A DNA stretch of 32,000 bases from an uncultured Methanosarcinales archaeon (GCA_964534665.1 CAZHRT010000010.1:1-32000), one strand, 5' to 3'. Shown: positions 7,793 to 17,001, counted from the stretch's first letter. Translations and numbers: made by a program. Notes: generated by a model from the letters alone, not told the origin.

Positions 7793-9668
7793 GATCCATT
7801 AATTCTCTCCTGCCAGACATTACCCATTCATTTGATTGTTGTTTAACAGGTTTTTTCTCGCCTAAATATTTAGTTACTGCAGTTGAGACTATAAGAAGTT
7901 TTTCTTTCTTAGTTAATTTTTTCTTAGTGCTCATAAAATTCTTGACCTCGTCTAAAATATTGTTTTTATCTATGAATGCTGTGGTAACATTGCCTTTGAT
8001 GAAATTATTGTTTCTTATAACTGCTTTATGGAAAGGGATTGTTGTATCTACTCCCTCTATAACATATTCATCTAATGCTCTTCGCATTCTAGATATTGCT
8101 TCCAATCTAGTTTTACCTCTACACATTAATTTAGATATCATTGAATCATAATGAGGGGAAATTATGTGGCCTGTATGTGAAGAAGAACAAATTCTTATAC
8201 CAGGGCCGCCAGGTGCGAGATAGTTAGTGATTGTTCCATTGGAAGGAACAAACTCTATAGGGGATTCTGCATTAATCCTACATTCGATTGCCCAACCATC
8301 AATTTTTATATCTTCTTGTTTAAATGCTAGTTTTGCTCCTGCAGCAATCTTTATTTGTTCTTTAATAAGATCAACACCTGTAATTAATTCGGTAACGCCA
8401 TGTTCAACTTGAATACGAGTATTCATTTCCATAAAATAGAATTTTTGATTTTTATCTAAAAGGAATTCAACTGTTCCTGCACCCTCATAACCTACAACTT
8501 CTCCAGCCTTGATTGCAATTTTACCCATCTCTTCACGCATGTTTGGTGTGATTGCTGGTGAAGGTGCCTCTTCTACTAGTTTTTGATGTCTTCTTTGTAT
8601 GCTACAGTCTCTTTCACCTAAATGGACCACATTACCGTAACGATCTGCGAGAATTTGGAACTCTATATGTTTTGGATCCTCAATAAATTTTTCCATGTAC
8701 ATTGAATCATCGCCAAAAGCAGCTCCAGCTTCTGTTTTTGCACTGTTAAATAAAGATTCTAAATCTTCTTTTTTGTATATGACTCTCATACCACGTCCGC
8801 CGCCGCCAGCTACTGCTTTAATAATAATGGGATACCCTATATTGTCTGCTAATTCCCTAGCATGTTCTGGTGTTTTTAGAAGGTCTTTTACACCTTCAAT
8901 AACTGGAACTTTTGCTTTTATCATAGTTGAACGGGCCTTACTCTTGTTCCCCATTAATTCCATTGCACGTGAAGAAGGGCCAATAAACTTAATCTTATTT
9001 TCTTCACACAATTTGGCAAAATTGGCGTTTTCAGAAAGAAAACCATATCCTGGATGAATTGCGTCTGCTTTAGCTTTTTTAGCAATCTTGATAATTTTCT
9101 TAAAATCAAGATATGCGTTTGGATTGCCTATATTATAGCTTTTATCAGCAAATTTTACAGCTAACCCATCTTTGTCTGGTTTTGAATAAATAACAGTAGT
9201 ATGAATCTTTAGTTCTTTACATGCACGAATAATCCTTAATGCAATTTCACCACGATTCGCAATTAAAACGTTCTTAAATGGCTTTTTATTTCCTAATTTA
9301 GTATAATCTCTTTCTTTAATCATATCAGGACTTAATCCTTTGGTTAACATATCAATGAATGATTTTGAAGAGTCTTCTTCAACAATCTTTTGAATTTTAT
9401 TAGAATCAAGATTTGGTAGTTTATCCATAACATTTTTTGTGATTAGGTTTGTAAAATCATCAATATTTGTTGAATTTGGTAAATGGTCTTCTTTTTCAAG
9501 ACTAATAAGGTGGGATTTAACAAGAGATTCAACTTTCTCATAAATATATGGCATTGAATCTTTAGTTGTTTTCATTAACTTTCTAACTAATTTTGCCCCT
9601 TTAGGTAAAGGTGAAAGTAGATGATTCAGAATCTTCTCAGTACGCCTTTTTTTCCTTCTTCTTGCCAT
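7779..9668 (-). CDS. Biotin carboxylase subunit of acyl-CoA carboxylase, with an N-terminal extension of about 130 aa
   Basis: KNVLIANRGEIALRIIRACKEL, HPGYGFLSEN, IGPSSRAMELMGNK, AGGGGRGMRV, MEKFIEDPKHIEFQILAD, HLGERDCSIQRRHQKLVEEAPS, FMEMNTRIQVEHGVTE. The first 130 or so residues are a basic, helical extension outside the biotin carboxylase fold. Confidence 0.95.
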   Translation of the reverse strand: MARRRKKRRTEKILNHLLSPLPKGAKLVRKLMKTTKDSMPYIYEKVESLVKSHLISLEKEDHLPNSTNIDDFTNLITKNVMDKLPNLDSNKIQKIVEEDSSKSFIDMLTKGLSPDMIKERDYTKLGNKKPFKNVLIANRGEIALRIIRACKELKIHTTVIYSKPDKDGLAVKFADKSYNIGNPNAYLDFKKIIKIAKKAKADAIHPGYGFLSENANFAKLCEENKIKFIGPSSRAMELMGNKSKARSTMIKAKVPVIEGVKDLLKTPEHARELADNIGYPIIIKAVAGGGGRGMRVIYKKEDLESLFNSAKTEAGAAFGDDSMYMEKFIEDPKHIEFQILADRYGNVVHLGERDCSIQRRHQKLVEEAPSPAITPNMREEMGKIAIKAGEVVGYEGAGTVEFLLDKNQKFYFMEMNTRIQVEHGVTELITGVDLIKEQIKIAAGAKLAFKQEDIKIDGWAIECRINAESPIEFVPSNGTITNYLAPGGPGIRICSSSHTGHIISPHYDSMISKLMCRGKTRLEAISRMRRALDEYVIEGVDTTIPFHKAVIRNNNFIKGNVTTAFIDKNNILDEVKNFMSTKKKLTKKEKLLIVSTAVTKYLGEKKPVKQQSNEWVMSGRRELMDHDNF

Positions 9669-9740
9669 ATATGCTAGTGCTCATTTTGCTTTTTTAAAGC
9701 TTTTTATTATTGTCATGATATATAGAAATGTTTTTAAATG

Positions 9741-9805
9741 AACAACCCTTTTTCTTGCCTATAAAAGGGTGTTATATAAGCTTAAATATTAGGAGTTTTA
9801 GGAGG
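9741..9805 (+). promoter_or_regulatory. Promoter/operator region of the lipid gene cluster: inverted repeat, TATA box and Shine-Dalgarno
   Basis: ACCCTTTT (9745-9752) and AAAAGGGT (9763-9770) form a perfect 8-bp inverted repeat. It extends by AAC (9741-9743)/GTT (9771-9773) across a 1-nt bulge. TTATATAA at 9772-9779 is a TATA box, and AGGAGG at 9800-9805 precedes the ATG at 9813. Confidence 0.7.
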
Positions 9806-9812
9806 ACAAAAA

Positions 9813-10313
9813 ATGAAAACAATAGACGAACTTAAGAATGAAAAAGGAGAATTAGATATGAATGCGATTAAGCAGATTATTCCATATGAACATCCATTTT
9901 TAATGATTGATAAAGTAATTAGTGTTGATAAAAATAAGATAGTGGCAATAAAGAATGTTTCAGCTTCTGATGAATTCTTAAAAGGTCATTTTGCTGGATT
10001 TCCCATTATGCCGGGTGCATTAATGGTAGAAGGTATGGGGCAAGCAGCTACTTTGCTTATTAGATATAATCTTGAAGAACATTTCAAGAAAGATGTTCTA
10101 GCATTTAAAATAAAAGATGCTAAATTCACTGCACCAGCTTTTGCAGGTGATCAACTAGAGTATGAAGTTGTATTAATGGGCCAAGACGAAAGAGGTGCTT
10201 TAGTACAAGCTAAAGCTAAGAAAGAAGGAAATGTAATAGCTGAAGCTGGAATGATGCTTGCTGTTGTTGACAAAAAAGAATTTAGATCTCAACATAGTCC
10301 TGTTTATAAGTGA
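9813..10313 (+). CDS. fabZ: FabZ/FabA-like 3-hydroxyacyl-thioester dehydratase
   Basis: IIPYEHPFLMIDKV, FLKGHFAGFPIMPGALMVEGMGQAA and DAKFTAPAFAGDQL match the FabZ hotdog dehydratase signatures, including the catalytic His and Glu. Confidence 0.9.
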   Translation: MKTIDELKNEKGELDMNAIKQIIPYEHPFLMIDKVISVDKNKIVAIKNVSASDEFLKGHFAGFPIMPGALMVEGMGQAATLLIRYNLEEHFKKDVLAFKIKDAKFTAPAFAGDQLEYEVVLMGQDERGALVQAKAKKEGNVIAEAGMMLAVVDKKEFRSQHSPVYK

Positions 10314-10318
10314 TTTAA

Positions 10319-11443
10319 ATGTATATAAAAGGGGTTGGAATGACCCAATTTAGTCTAGAAGATAGAAGCACTCATGCCATGGCTTTTGAAGCTGTGACAG
10401 GTGCATTGAAAGATGCAGACATGTCTATAAATGATGTTGAAGCTTGTGTTGTATCAACAGTTGATACTAATGCAAATGATGAAAAACAAAGGCATTATCC
10501 TTCTGTTGTTAGTTCTTTATTTAAGAAAAGAATCCCTATAATTAGGGTGCCTGCTGTTTGTGGTGGTGGTGGTGCAGCTTTATGGACAGCAAATAGATTA
10601 GGATATGATAATGTACTTGTTTTAGGAACAGATAAGATTGCTTGTAATAAAACAGGAGTAGTAACAAAAGAAATTTTAGGTGCTGCTGAAAGAGTTTATA
10701 GTCAAGAAGAAGGATTGGTTTTTCCTGCTGAGAATGCAATTCTTGCACAACAACATATGTTAAAATTTGGAACGACAACTGATGATTTAGCAGAAGTTGC
10801 TTTTAAGAATCATGAAAATGCATTTATTAATCCAAAAGCTAATTTTTATGGGAAAAAAGTAAGTCTTGAACAAATTAAGAATTCTCCTGTTGTTTCCTCA
10901 CCGTTTAGATTATTTGATTGTAGTATTAGTGTAAATGGAGCAGCAGCTGTTGTTTTATCCAAAGACAAAACAGATGTTAATATTGCAGGATCTGGATTTG
11001 CAACTGATTACTTGATGACTTTTGAAAGAGAAAGTATGGTTGAATTAAAAGCTACTAGATTAGCAGCTGAACAAGCTTATTCACAAGCAGGGATTAATGC
11101 TTCAGAGGTTAATGTTGCTGAGGTTCATGATGCTTTTACTATCTTAGAAATAATGGCATATGAAGATTTGGGTTTTTGTAAGAAAGGTGAAGGTGCTAAT
11201 TTAATAAGAAAAGGAATTGTTAAATTAGATGGTAAGATTCCTGTTAATACTAGTGGTGGGCTTAAAGCCAGAGGACATCCAATAAGTCCAACTGGATTAG
11301 CTCAGATTTATGAAATAGTTAAACAATTAAGAGGGGACTGTGGAGATAGACAGATTAGTTCACCAAAATATGGCCTTACTGAAAATAAAGGTGGTGTTGG
11401 TGCTTCAATCAGTGTTCACGTCCTTAAGAAGGTAGGTGGTTAG
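10319..11443 (+). CDS. Thiolase-family acyltransferase, archaeal SCPx-like type (paralog 1)
   Basis: Nucleophile motif VPAVCGGGGAALWTAN, EVHDAFTILE, GGLKARGHPISPTGL and C-terminal NKGGVGAS. Confidence 0.88.
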   Translation: MYIKGVGMTQFSLEDRSTHAMAFEAVTGALKDADMSINDVEACVVSTVDTNANDEKQRHYPSVVSSLFKKRIPIIRVPAVCGGGGAALWTANRLGYDNVLVLGTDKIACNKTGVVTKEILGAAERVYSQEEGLVFPAENAILAQQHMLKFGTTTDDLAEVAFKNHENAFINPKANFYGKKVSLEQIKNSPVVSSPFRLFDCSISVNGAAAVVLSKDKTDVNIAGSGFATDYLMTFERESMVELKATRLAAEQAYSQAGINASEVNVAEVHDAFTILEIMAYEDLGFCKKGEGANLIRKGIVKLDGKIPVNTSGGLKARGHPISPTGLAQIYEIVKQLRGDCGDRQISSPKYGLTENKGGVGASISVHVLKKVGG

Positions 11444-12566
11444 AGTGATTCAAAGATGGGTATGTAAAGCGTGTAATAAAAAATGGATTTATCCAGTTGA
11501 AAAATGTATTTATTGTGATGGACAAATAAGTAAAGAAGTTGGAACAAAGTTAAAAGTAATTGGAACTACAAAAGTTGCAATATCTTCTCCAGAACATCCA
11601 ATTATTCCTTATTTTACCATGATATTAGAAGACGAAAATGGTAATAGGATGCCTAAAAAAACAATGAGAGAATATCAAATTGGTGATGAGTTTAAATGGG
11701 AGAAAAGTGATGATGAAAGTGCTGTATCAATAATCAAGATAAAATATGATTATGATTTTGCTGTTAAGCAAGCTTTAGAATTGATAAATGATATTGAAGT
11801 TGGTAGTGAATCAAAAGTTTTAATCAAACCAAACATTATGTCGGCAGCTTATGCATATTTAGCAATTACCACAAATCCAAAAGTTGTAAGAGGTGTTGTA
11901 AATTACCTTGTTGGAAAAGGTGTTAAAAAAGAAAATATTACAATTGCTGAACAAGCACAGTTTTCTGAATTTGACAAAGCAATAACAAGATCAGGATTTA
12001 AGAAATTAGCTAAAGAATTAGGTGTTAAGTTAGTAGACCTAGCTACAACTGAATTTGTCGAAAAGGAAAGTGAAGGATTTAAGTTTAAAATTTCTAACTT
12101 GATGTATGAGAACAATGTGATAATTAATGTTCCTGTTATGAAAACACATTTATTGTTAGGAGTTTCTGGAGCATTAGAAAATATGACAAGGGTTGTTTCA
12201 TCTGACAATTATAAAGAAATCGCTAAAGATCCTGTAAAGGCTTTAGAAGCAATAGGCCATCTTCACAAGGTTTTGCCAAAGTATGTAACTGTTGGTGATG
12301 CAAGTATTGGTATGCAAGGTAATGGACCATTAAATTATGGTAATCCTGCTTTTCTTGATATGATACTTGCTAGTAAAGACCCTGTTGCACTAGATAAGAT
12401 ATTCCAAGAGATTGGTATGTTACGAAAAGTGCCACTTATTGAAACAGCTGAAAAGTTAGGAATTGGTTCTGCTGATTTAAGAGAGATTCCTGTTGTTGGT
12501 GATGAGCTTGATGCTTGCCGTAGGGAATTAATGCCAGCTATTGGTTCAAAATTAATTAAGATGTAA
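11436..12566 (+). CDS. Fusion of an N-terminal DUF35-like zinc ribbon/OB domain with a DUF362-family domain
   Basis: N-terminus RWVCKACNKKWIYPVEKCIYCDG (CxxC..CxxC ribbon), then an OB-like segment to about residue 105. After that comes SKVLIKPNIMS...TTNPKVVRGVVNYLVGKGVKKENITIAE...NVIINVPVMKTH...GDASIGMQGNGPL, typical of DUF362. No ferredoxin-type cysteine cluster is present. Confidence 0.75.
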   Translation: MVRVIQRWVCKACNKKWIYPVEKCIYCDGQISKEVGTKLKVIGTTKVAISSPEHPIIPYFTMILEDENGNRMPKKTMREYQIGDEFKWEKSDDESAVSIIKIKYDYDFAVKQALELINDIEVGSESKVLIKPNIMSAAYAYLAITTNPKVVRGVVNYLVGKGVKKENITIAEQAQFSEFDKAITRSGFKKLAKELGVKLVDLATTEFVEKESEGFKFKISNLMYENNVIINVPVMKTHLLLGVSGALENMTRVVSSDNYKEIAKDPVKALEAIGHLHKVLPKYVTVGDASIGMQGNGPLNYGNPAFLDMILASKDPVALDKIFQEIGMLRKVPLIETAEKLGIGSADLREIPVVGDELDACRRELMPAIGSKLIKM

Positions 12567-12569
12567 AAT

Positions 12570-13622
12570 ATGGTTGAAAAACAATTAATGAAAGGAAACG
12601 AAGCACTAGTTCATGCAGCTATAAAAGCTGGATGTACGTTTTATGCAGGTTATCCTATAACACCACAAAATGAGATTCCTGAAACAATGTCAAAATTAAT
12701 GCCTAAAGTTGATGGGGGAGTTTTTGTACAAGCTGAAGCTGAACTTTCTGCAATTAATATGATCTTTGGTGCTAGTGCTGCAGGGGTAAGGTGTATGACC
12801 TCATCTAGCAGTCCAGGAATTGCTTTAAAGCAAGAAGGCATATCTTATATTGCTGCTGCCGAATTACCTTGTGTGATAGTTAATATGGTTCGTGGTGGGC
12901 CTGGATTAGGGAATATTAATGCTTCACAAGCAGATTATTTTCAAGCTGTTAAAGGTGGTGGACATGGAGATTACAGATTGATTGTAATAGCACCTCATAC
13001 ATTACAAGAATTATATGACCTTACAATGAATTGTTTTGATTATGCTGATTATTATAGAAATCCTGTTTTAATATTGGGGGATGGTATTCTTGCACAGATG
13101 GTTGAACCAGTTGAATTGAAAGAATATGAAAAGATTTTGGATTTACCATCTAAAGATAATTGGACCTTGACTGGTTGTAAAGGAAGGAACCCCCATGTTG
13201 TTAAGACTTTATTGTTAGAACCTAGTGATTCATTGGCTAAGCATAATGTGCATCTTAAAGAGAAATATCAAAAGATAAGTAATGAGCTTTGTTTATGTGA
13301 AGAGTATAAAACAGAAGATGCTGACATATTGATTGTTGCTTATGGTATAACTGCAAGAGTTTGCAAAGAAGCTATTGATATTGCTCGTGATAGCGGTAAA
13401 AAAGTTGGGTTGATAAGGCCAATAACTTTGTGGCCATTTCCTAAAAAAATTCTATCTAAATATAAAGGAAAAGATTTCTTAGTTGTAGAGATGAGTAATG
13501 GACAGATGATTGAAGATGTTAAATTAAATTTAGAATGTCAAGGAAGATTTGAGTTTTTAGGTTGTGGTGGTGGATGGTATCCTGATACAAAACAGATATT
13601 GGAGAAATTAAATGGAATGTAA
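12570..13622 (+). CDS. vorB: 2-oxoacid:ferredoxin oxidoreductase alpha subunit, VorB-like (possibly branched-chain)
   Basis: KQLMKGNEALVHAAIKAGCTFYAGYPITPQNEIPE, QAEAELSAINMIFGASAAGVRCMTSSSSPGIALKQEGISYIAAAELPCVIVNMVRGGPGLGNI. Confidence 0.82.
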   Translation: MVEKQLMKGNEALVHAAIKAGCTFYAGYPITPQNEIPETMSKLMPKVDGGVFVQAEAELSAINMIFGASAAGVRCMTSSSSPGIALKQEGISYIAAAELPCVIVNMVRGGPGLGNINASQADYFQAVKGGGHGDYRLIVIAPHTLQELYDLTMNCFDYADYYRNPVLILGDGILAQMVEPVELKEYEKILDLPSKDNWTLTGCKGRNPHVVKTLLLEPSDSLAKHNVHLKEKYQKISNELCLCEEYKTEDADILIVAYGITARVCKEAIDIARDSGKKVGLIRPITLWPFPKKILSKYKGKDFLVVEMSNGQMIEDVKLNLECQGRFEFLGCGGGWYPDTKQILEKLNGM

Positions 13623-13649
13623 CGATTATAATACATTAAAAGTATATAG

Positions 13650-14606
13650 GTGTATACTGTGGTAATAGCACTAGTAACTGGTGGGGCAGGATTTATTGGG
13701 AGCCATTTAGTAGAAGATTTAGTTGAGAAAGGATATCAAGTAAAAGTTATTGATAGTTTAATTAAAGGTAAAAGTGCAACAATTCAAAAGTTAATTGATC
13801 AAGGTAAAGTTGAATTTTTTGAAGGAGATATAAAAAATAGGGATAGTGTTGATAAAGCTATGAAGAATGTAGATTATGTTTTTCATACTGCAGGTACACA
13901 TATAATTAATTGTGGTAAAAGTCCGGAAGATGCAATTGAGTGTAATGTTCATGGAAGTTACAATGTGTTCAAATCTGCATTAGATAATAATGTTAAAAGG
14001 GTAATTTTTAGTTCAAGTTCAAGCATATATGGGGAACCAAAAAGTTTACCTATGTCTGAAGATAGTGAACTGAATATTGTAGAACCCTATGCTGCAAGCA
14101 AACAAATGGCTGAACATCTATTGAAATTTTTGGGAACTAAAGGATTGAAATATAATATATTAAGATATTTTAATGTTTATGGCTCAAGACAAGCTGTGCA
14201 TGCTTACTATACAACTGTCGTGATAGATTTTATTAATAAATTGATGAATGATGAATCACCAATTATTAACGGAAAAGGTGATCAAAGTCTAGACTTTACA
14301 CATGTAAGTGATGTTGTAAAAGGAAATATAGCTGCAGCTGAATCTACGGTTGAGAATGAAATATTTAATATTGGAACTGGACAAAGTACATCTATTGCTG
14401 ATCTTGCAAAAATGATTATCAAAACTTTAGGTAAAGATATTGAACCCAGATTTAGGGATAGAAAAGTTTTGGTAACAAGAAAAAAAGCTGACACAATTAA
14501 AGCTGAAAAAATACTTGGATTTAAATCTCAAGTTTCTATTGAAGAAGGTATAGCAAAAATTACTAAAGAAATTGCTGAGAATCCTGAATTATATAAAGGT
14601 AGATAA
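13650..14606 (+). CDS. NAD-dependent epimerase/dehydratase (nucleotide-sugar, GalE-like)
   Basis: VTGGAGFIGSHLVEDLVEKGY, FSSSSSIYGEPKSLP, EPYAASKQMAEHL, RYFNVYGSRQ. The likely true start is the in-frame GTG at 13659. Confidence 0.88.
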   Translation: MYTVVIALVTGGAGFIGSHLVEDLVEKGYQVKVIDSLIKGKSATIQKLIDQGKVEFFEGDIKNRDSVDKAMKNVDYVFHTAGTHIINCGKSPEDAIECNVHGSYNVFKSALDNNVKRVIFSSSSSIYGEPKSLPMSEDSELNIVEPYAASKQMAEHLLKFLGTKGLKYNILRYFNVYGSRQAVHAYYTTVVIDFINKLMNDESPIINGKGDQSLDFTHVSDVVKGNIAAAESTVENEIFNIGTGQSTSIADLAKMIIKTLGKDIEPRFRDRKVLVTRKKADTIKAEKILGFKSQVSIEEGIAKITKEIAENPELYKGR

Positions 14607-14608
14607 GA

Positions 14609-15763
14609 ATGCTAGAAATAAATGATAAGATATGGAAAATTCCTTTATTCCAAACGTATTGGGATGAAAATGATGTTGAAGCTATTAATGAAGTAGTTAG
14701 AAGGGGGAGCTCCTGGGCAACTGGACCTGAGGTTGTCGAGTTTGAAAAAAAAATCGCTGAATTTAATGAAAGAAAATATGCTTTGGCTTTTAATTCTGGA
14801 ACAAGTGCTTTGCATGCAATGTTGCTTGCATATGATGTTAAAGGTAAAGAAGTAATTGTACCCTCATTTACTTTTATTGCTACGGCAAATGCAGTTGTAT
14901 TAGCTGGTGGAAAGCCAATTTTTGCTGAATCTGAAGATGAAACATTTGGATTAGATGCAGAAGATGTTTTATCTAGAATAAATAAAAATACTGCTGCAAT
15001 CTTAACTTTAAACTATGGTGGAGGAGTTTCAAAAGATATTGAAAAATTAAAGCAGATTGCTGATGAGAAAAACATATTATTACTAGAAGACAATGCACAT
15101 TCTTTTGGTGTAAAGAAAAATGGTAAAATGTGTGGAACATTTGGGCAAGCAGCTGCATTAAGCTTTTGTCAGAATAAACTAATAACTACTGGTGAAGGTG
15201 GTGCTGTGGTTACAGATGATGAAAAAATATTTGAAAAAATTAAGTTGATTAAAAGCCATGGAAGAATTAAAAATTCTAAAGAAGATTTTTCATCAATTAA
15301 AAATTATGGGTATGTGGAAGTGGGTTATAATTATAAGATACCTACAATGGGGGCGGCTTTAGGACTCTCACAACTTAATAAATTTGAAAAAATAATGAAT
15401 TTAAGAATTGAAGCTGGAACAAGATTAAATGATGGGATAAAAGAATTTGTTAAAGTATCTGAACCTTATGAAAATTCTGACCACTTTTTTCAAAAATATA
15501 CTATTATGCTTAATAATAATGAAACCAGAGATAAACTACAATTATTTTTAAGAGATAAAGGCATAATGAGTAAAGTTTACTATGAACCTATCCATCTAGA
15601 AAATATTTATAGAGATAATTATGGTTATAAAGAAGGGGATTTGCCTAAAACAGAAGCAATGTCTAAGAAAATCCTTACCTTGCCTATGTGGCCAGGTATT
15701 TCAAATAATGATATAGATTATATAATTAATTCAATCAAGGAGTTTTTTAAAAATGAAGTGTAA
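14609..15763 (+). CDS. DegT/DnrJ/EryC1/StrS-family PLP-dependent aminotransferase (nucleotide-sugar)
   Basis: ALAFNSGTSALHAML, EVIVPSFTFIATANAV, LLEDNAHSFG, AALSFCQNKLITTGEGGAVVT (PLP lysine). Confidence 0.92.
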   Translation: MLEINDKIWKIPLFQTYWDENDVEAINEVVRRGSSWATGPEVVEFEKKIAEFNERKYALAFNSGTSALHAMLLAYDVKGKEVIVPSFTFIATANAVVLAGGKPIFAESEDETFGLDAEDVLSRINKNTAAILTLNYGGGVSKDIEKLKQIADEKNILLLEDNAHSFGVKKNGKMCGTFGQAAALSFCQNKLITTGEGGAVVTDDEKIFEKIKLIKSHGRIKNSKEDFSSIKNYGYVEVGYNYKIPTMGAALGLSQLNKFEKIMNLRIEAGTRLNDGIKEFVKVSEPYENSDHFFQKYTIMLNNNETRDKLQLFLRDKGIMSKVYYEPIHLENIYRDNYGYKEGDLPKTEAMSKKILTLPMWPGISNNDIDYIINSIKEFFKNEV

Positions 15764-16481
15764 GACATTAAAAGATGATGGGATGCATTATTGTCCTGGT
15801 TGTGGGCATACTCAAGTGCATAGAATGATTGCTGATCTAATTGATGAATTAGGTATCCGAGAAAAAACTATTGCTTCTGCACCAGTTGGTTGTGCAGTAT
15901 TATTTTATAATTATTTTAATGTTGATGTTATTGAATGTGCACATGGTCGTGTTCCTGCTGTCATGGGCGCTATAAAAAAAGTTAATCCTGATAAGTTTGT
16001 TTTATGTTACCAAGGGGATGGTGATTTAGCGGCAATTGGTACAACTGAAACAATACATACTGCTAACCGTGGAGAAAACTTAACTGTTATTTTTATCAAT
16101 AATGCAATTTATGGTATGACTGGTGGTCAAATGGCACCTACAACTTTACCAGGACAAATTACAACTACAACACCAAAAGGAAGAGGGAATAATAATGAAG
16201 GATTACCTCTTAAGGTTTGTGAATTATTAAGCGTACTTGGAGGTCCAACATACATTGAAAGATGTGCAGTAAATAGTGCTGAGAATATGAAGAAAACTAA
16301 AGAAGCCATCAAAAAAGCAATTCAATGCCAATTAGAAGGTAAAGGTTATAGTTTTATAGAGATATTGTCTGGCTGTCCAACCAACTGGAAAGTTAGTGTA
16401 AAAGATTCTATTGGCTTTATTGATAAGATGATTGAATATTTCCCATTAGGTGTTTTCAAGGATGTAAGAAATGAGAGATGA
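15753..16481 (+). CDS. 2-oxoacid:ferredoxin oxidoreductase beta (TPP-binding) subunit
   Basis: HYCPGCGHTQVHRMIADLIDELG, AHGRVPAVMGAIKKVNP, VLCYQGDGDLAAIG, NAIYGMTGGQMAPTT. Confidence 0.92.
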   Translation: MKCKTLKDDGMHYCPGCGHTQVHRMIADLIDELGIREKTIASAPVGCAVLFYNYFNVDVIECAHGRVPAVMGAIKKVNPDKFVLCYQGDGDLAAIGTTETIHTANRGENLTVIFINNAIYGMTGGQMAPTTLPGQITTTTPKGRGNNNEGLPLKVCELLSVLGGPTYIERCAVNSAENMKKTKEAIKKAIQCQLEGKGYSFIEILSGCPTNWKVSVKDSIGFIDKMIEYFPLGVFKDVRNER

Positions 16482-17001
16482 AATTAAGATAGCAGGTTAT
16501 GGTGGACAAGGGGTTGTCTTAGCTGGAAGTTTGATAGCTAACACTGCAATGCGTCAAGGATTGTATACTTGCGGCATGGTATCTTATGGTGCTGAAATGA
16601 GGGGAGGAACAGCAAACTCAACTGTAATAGTAAGTGATAAACCAATAAGTAGCCCAATTGTTATAATGCCAAATGTTGTATTAATATTAAATGAACCTTC
16701 TCTTAAGAAATTTGAAGAGAGTGTAGAAAAAGGTGGTGTTATAATTATTAATACATCAGAATGTAAGAAAAAAGTTTCTAGACAAGATATTGAAATTGTT
16801 GAGGTTGCTGCAACAGATGCTGCAGTAGAACTGGGAAATAAGAAAGTTACAAATATGGTCATGGTTGGAGCATATATTAAGAAAAAAGGTTCAATAAGAT
16901 TAGAAGAAGCCATAAAGAATCTAGATGTTGTAATCAAGAGAAAAGAATTGATTGATATTAATAAAAAAGCTTTGGAAAAAGGTGGGGAATTATGTATGTA
17001 A
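16471..17001 (+). CDS. 2-oxoacid:ferredoxin oxidoreductase gamma subunit
   Basis: IKIAGYGGQGVVLAGSLIANTAMRQGLYTCGMVSYGAEMRGGTANSTVIVSDKPI. Confidence 0.92.
   Translation: MRDEIKIAGYGGQGVVLAGSLIANTAMRQGLYTCGMVSYGAEMRGGTANSTVIVSDKPISSPIVIMPNVVLILNEPSLKKFEESVEKGGVIIINTSECKKKVSRQDIEIVEVAATDAAVELGNKKVTNMVMVGAYIKKKGSIRLEEAIKNLDVVIKRKELIDINKKALEKGGELCM

Noticed and set aside
9741-9774. A perfect 12-bp AACAACCCTTTT/AAAAGGGTTGTT palindrome
   Set aside because: On rechecking the bases the right arm reads AAAAGGGTGTT, so only 8 bp are perfect, with 3 more across a 1-nt bulge. The finding was scaled down accordingly.
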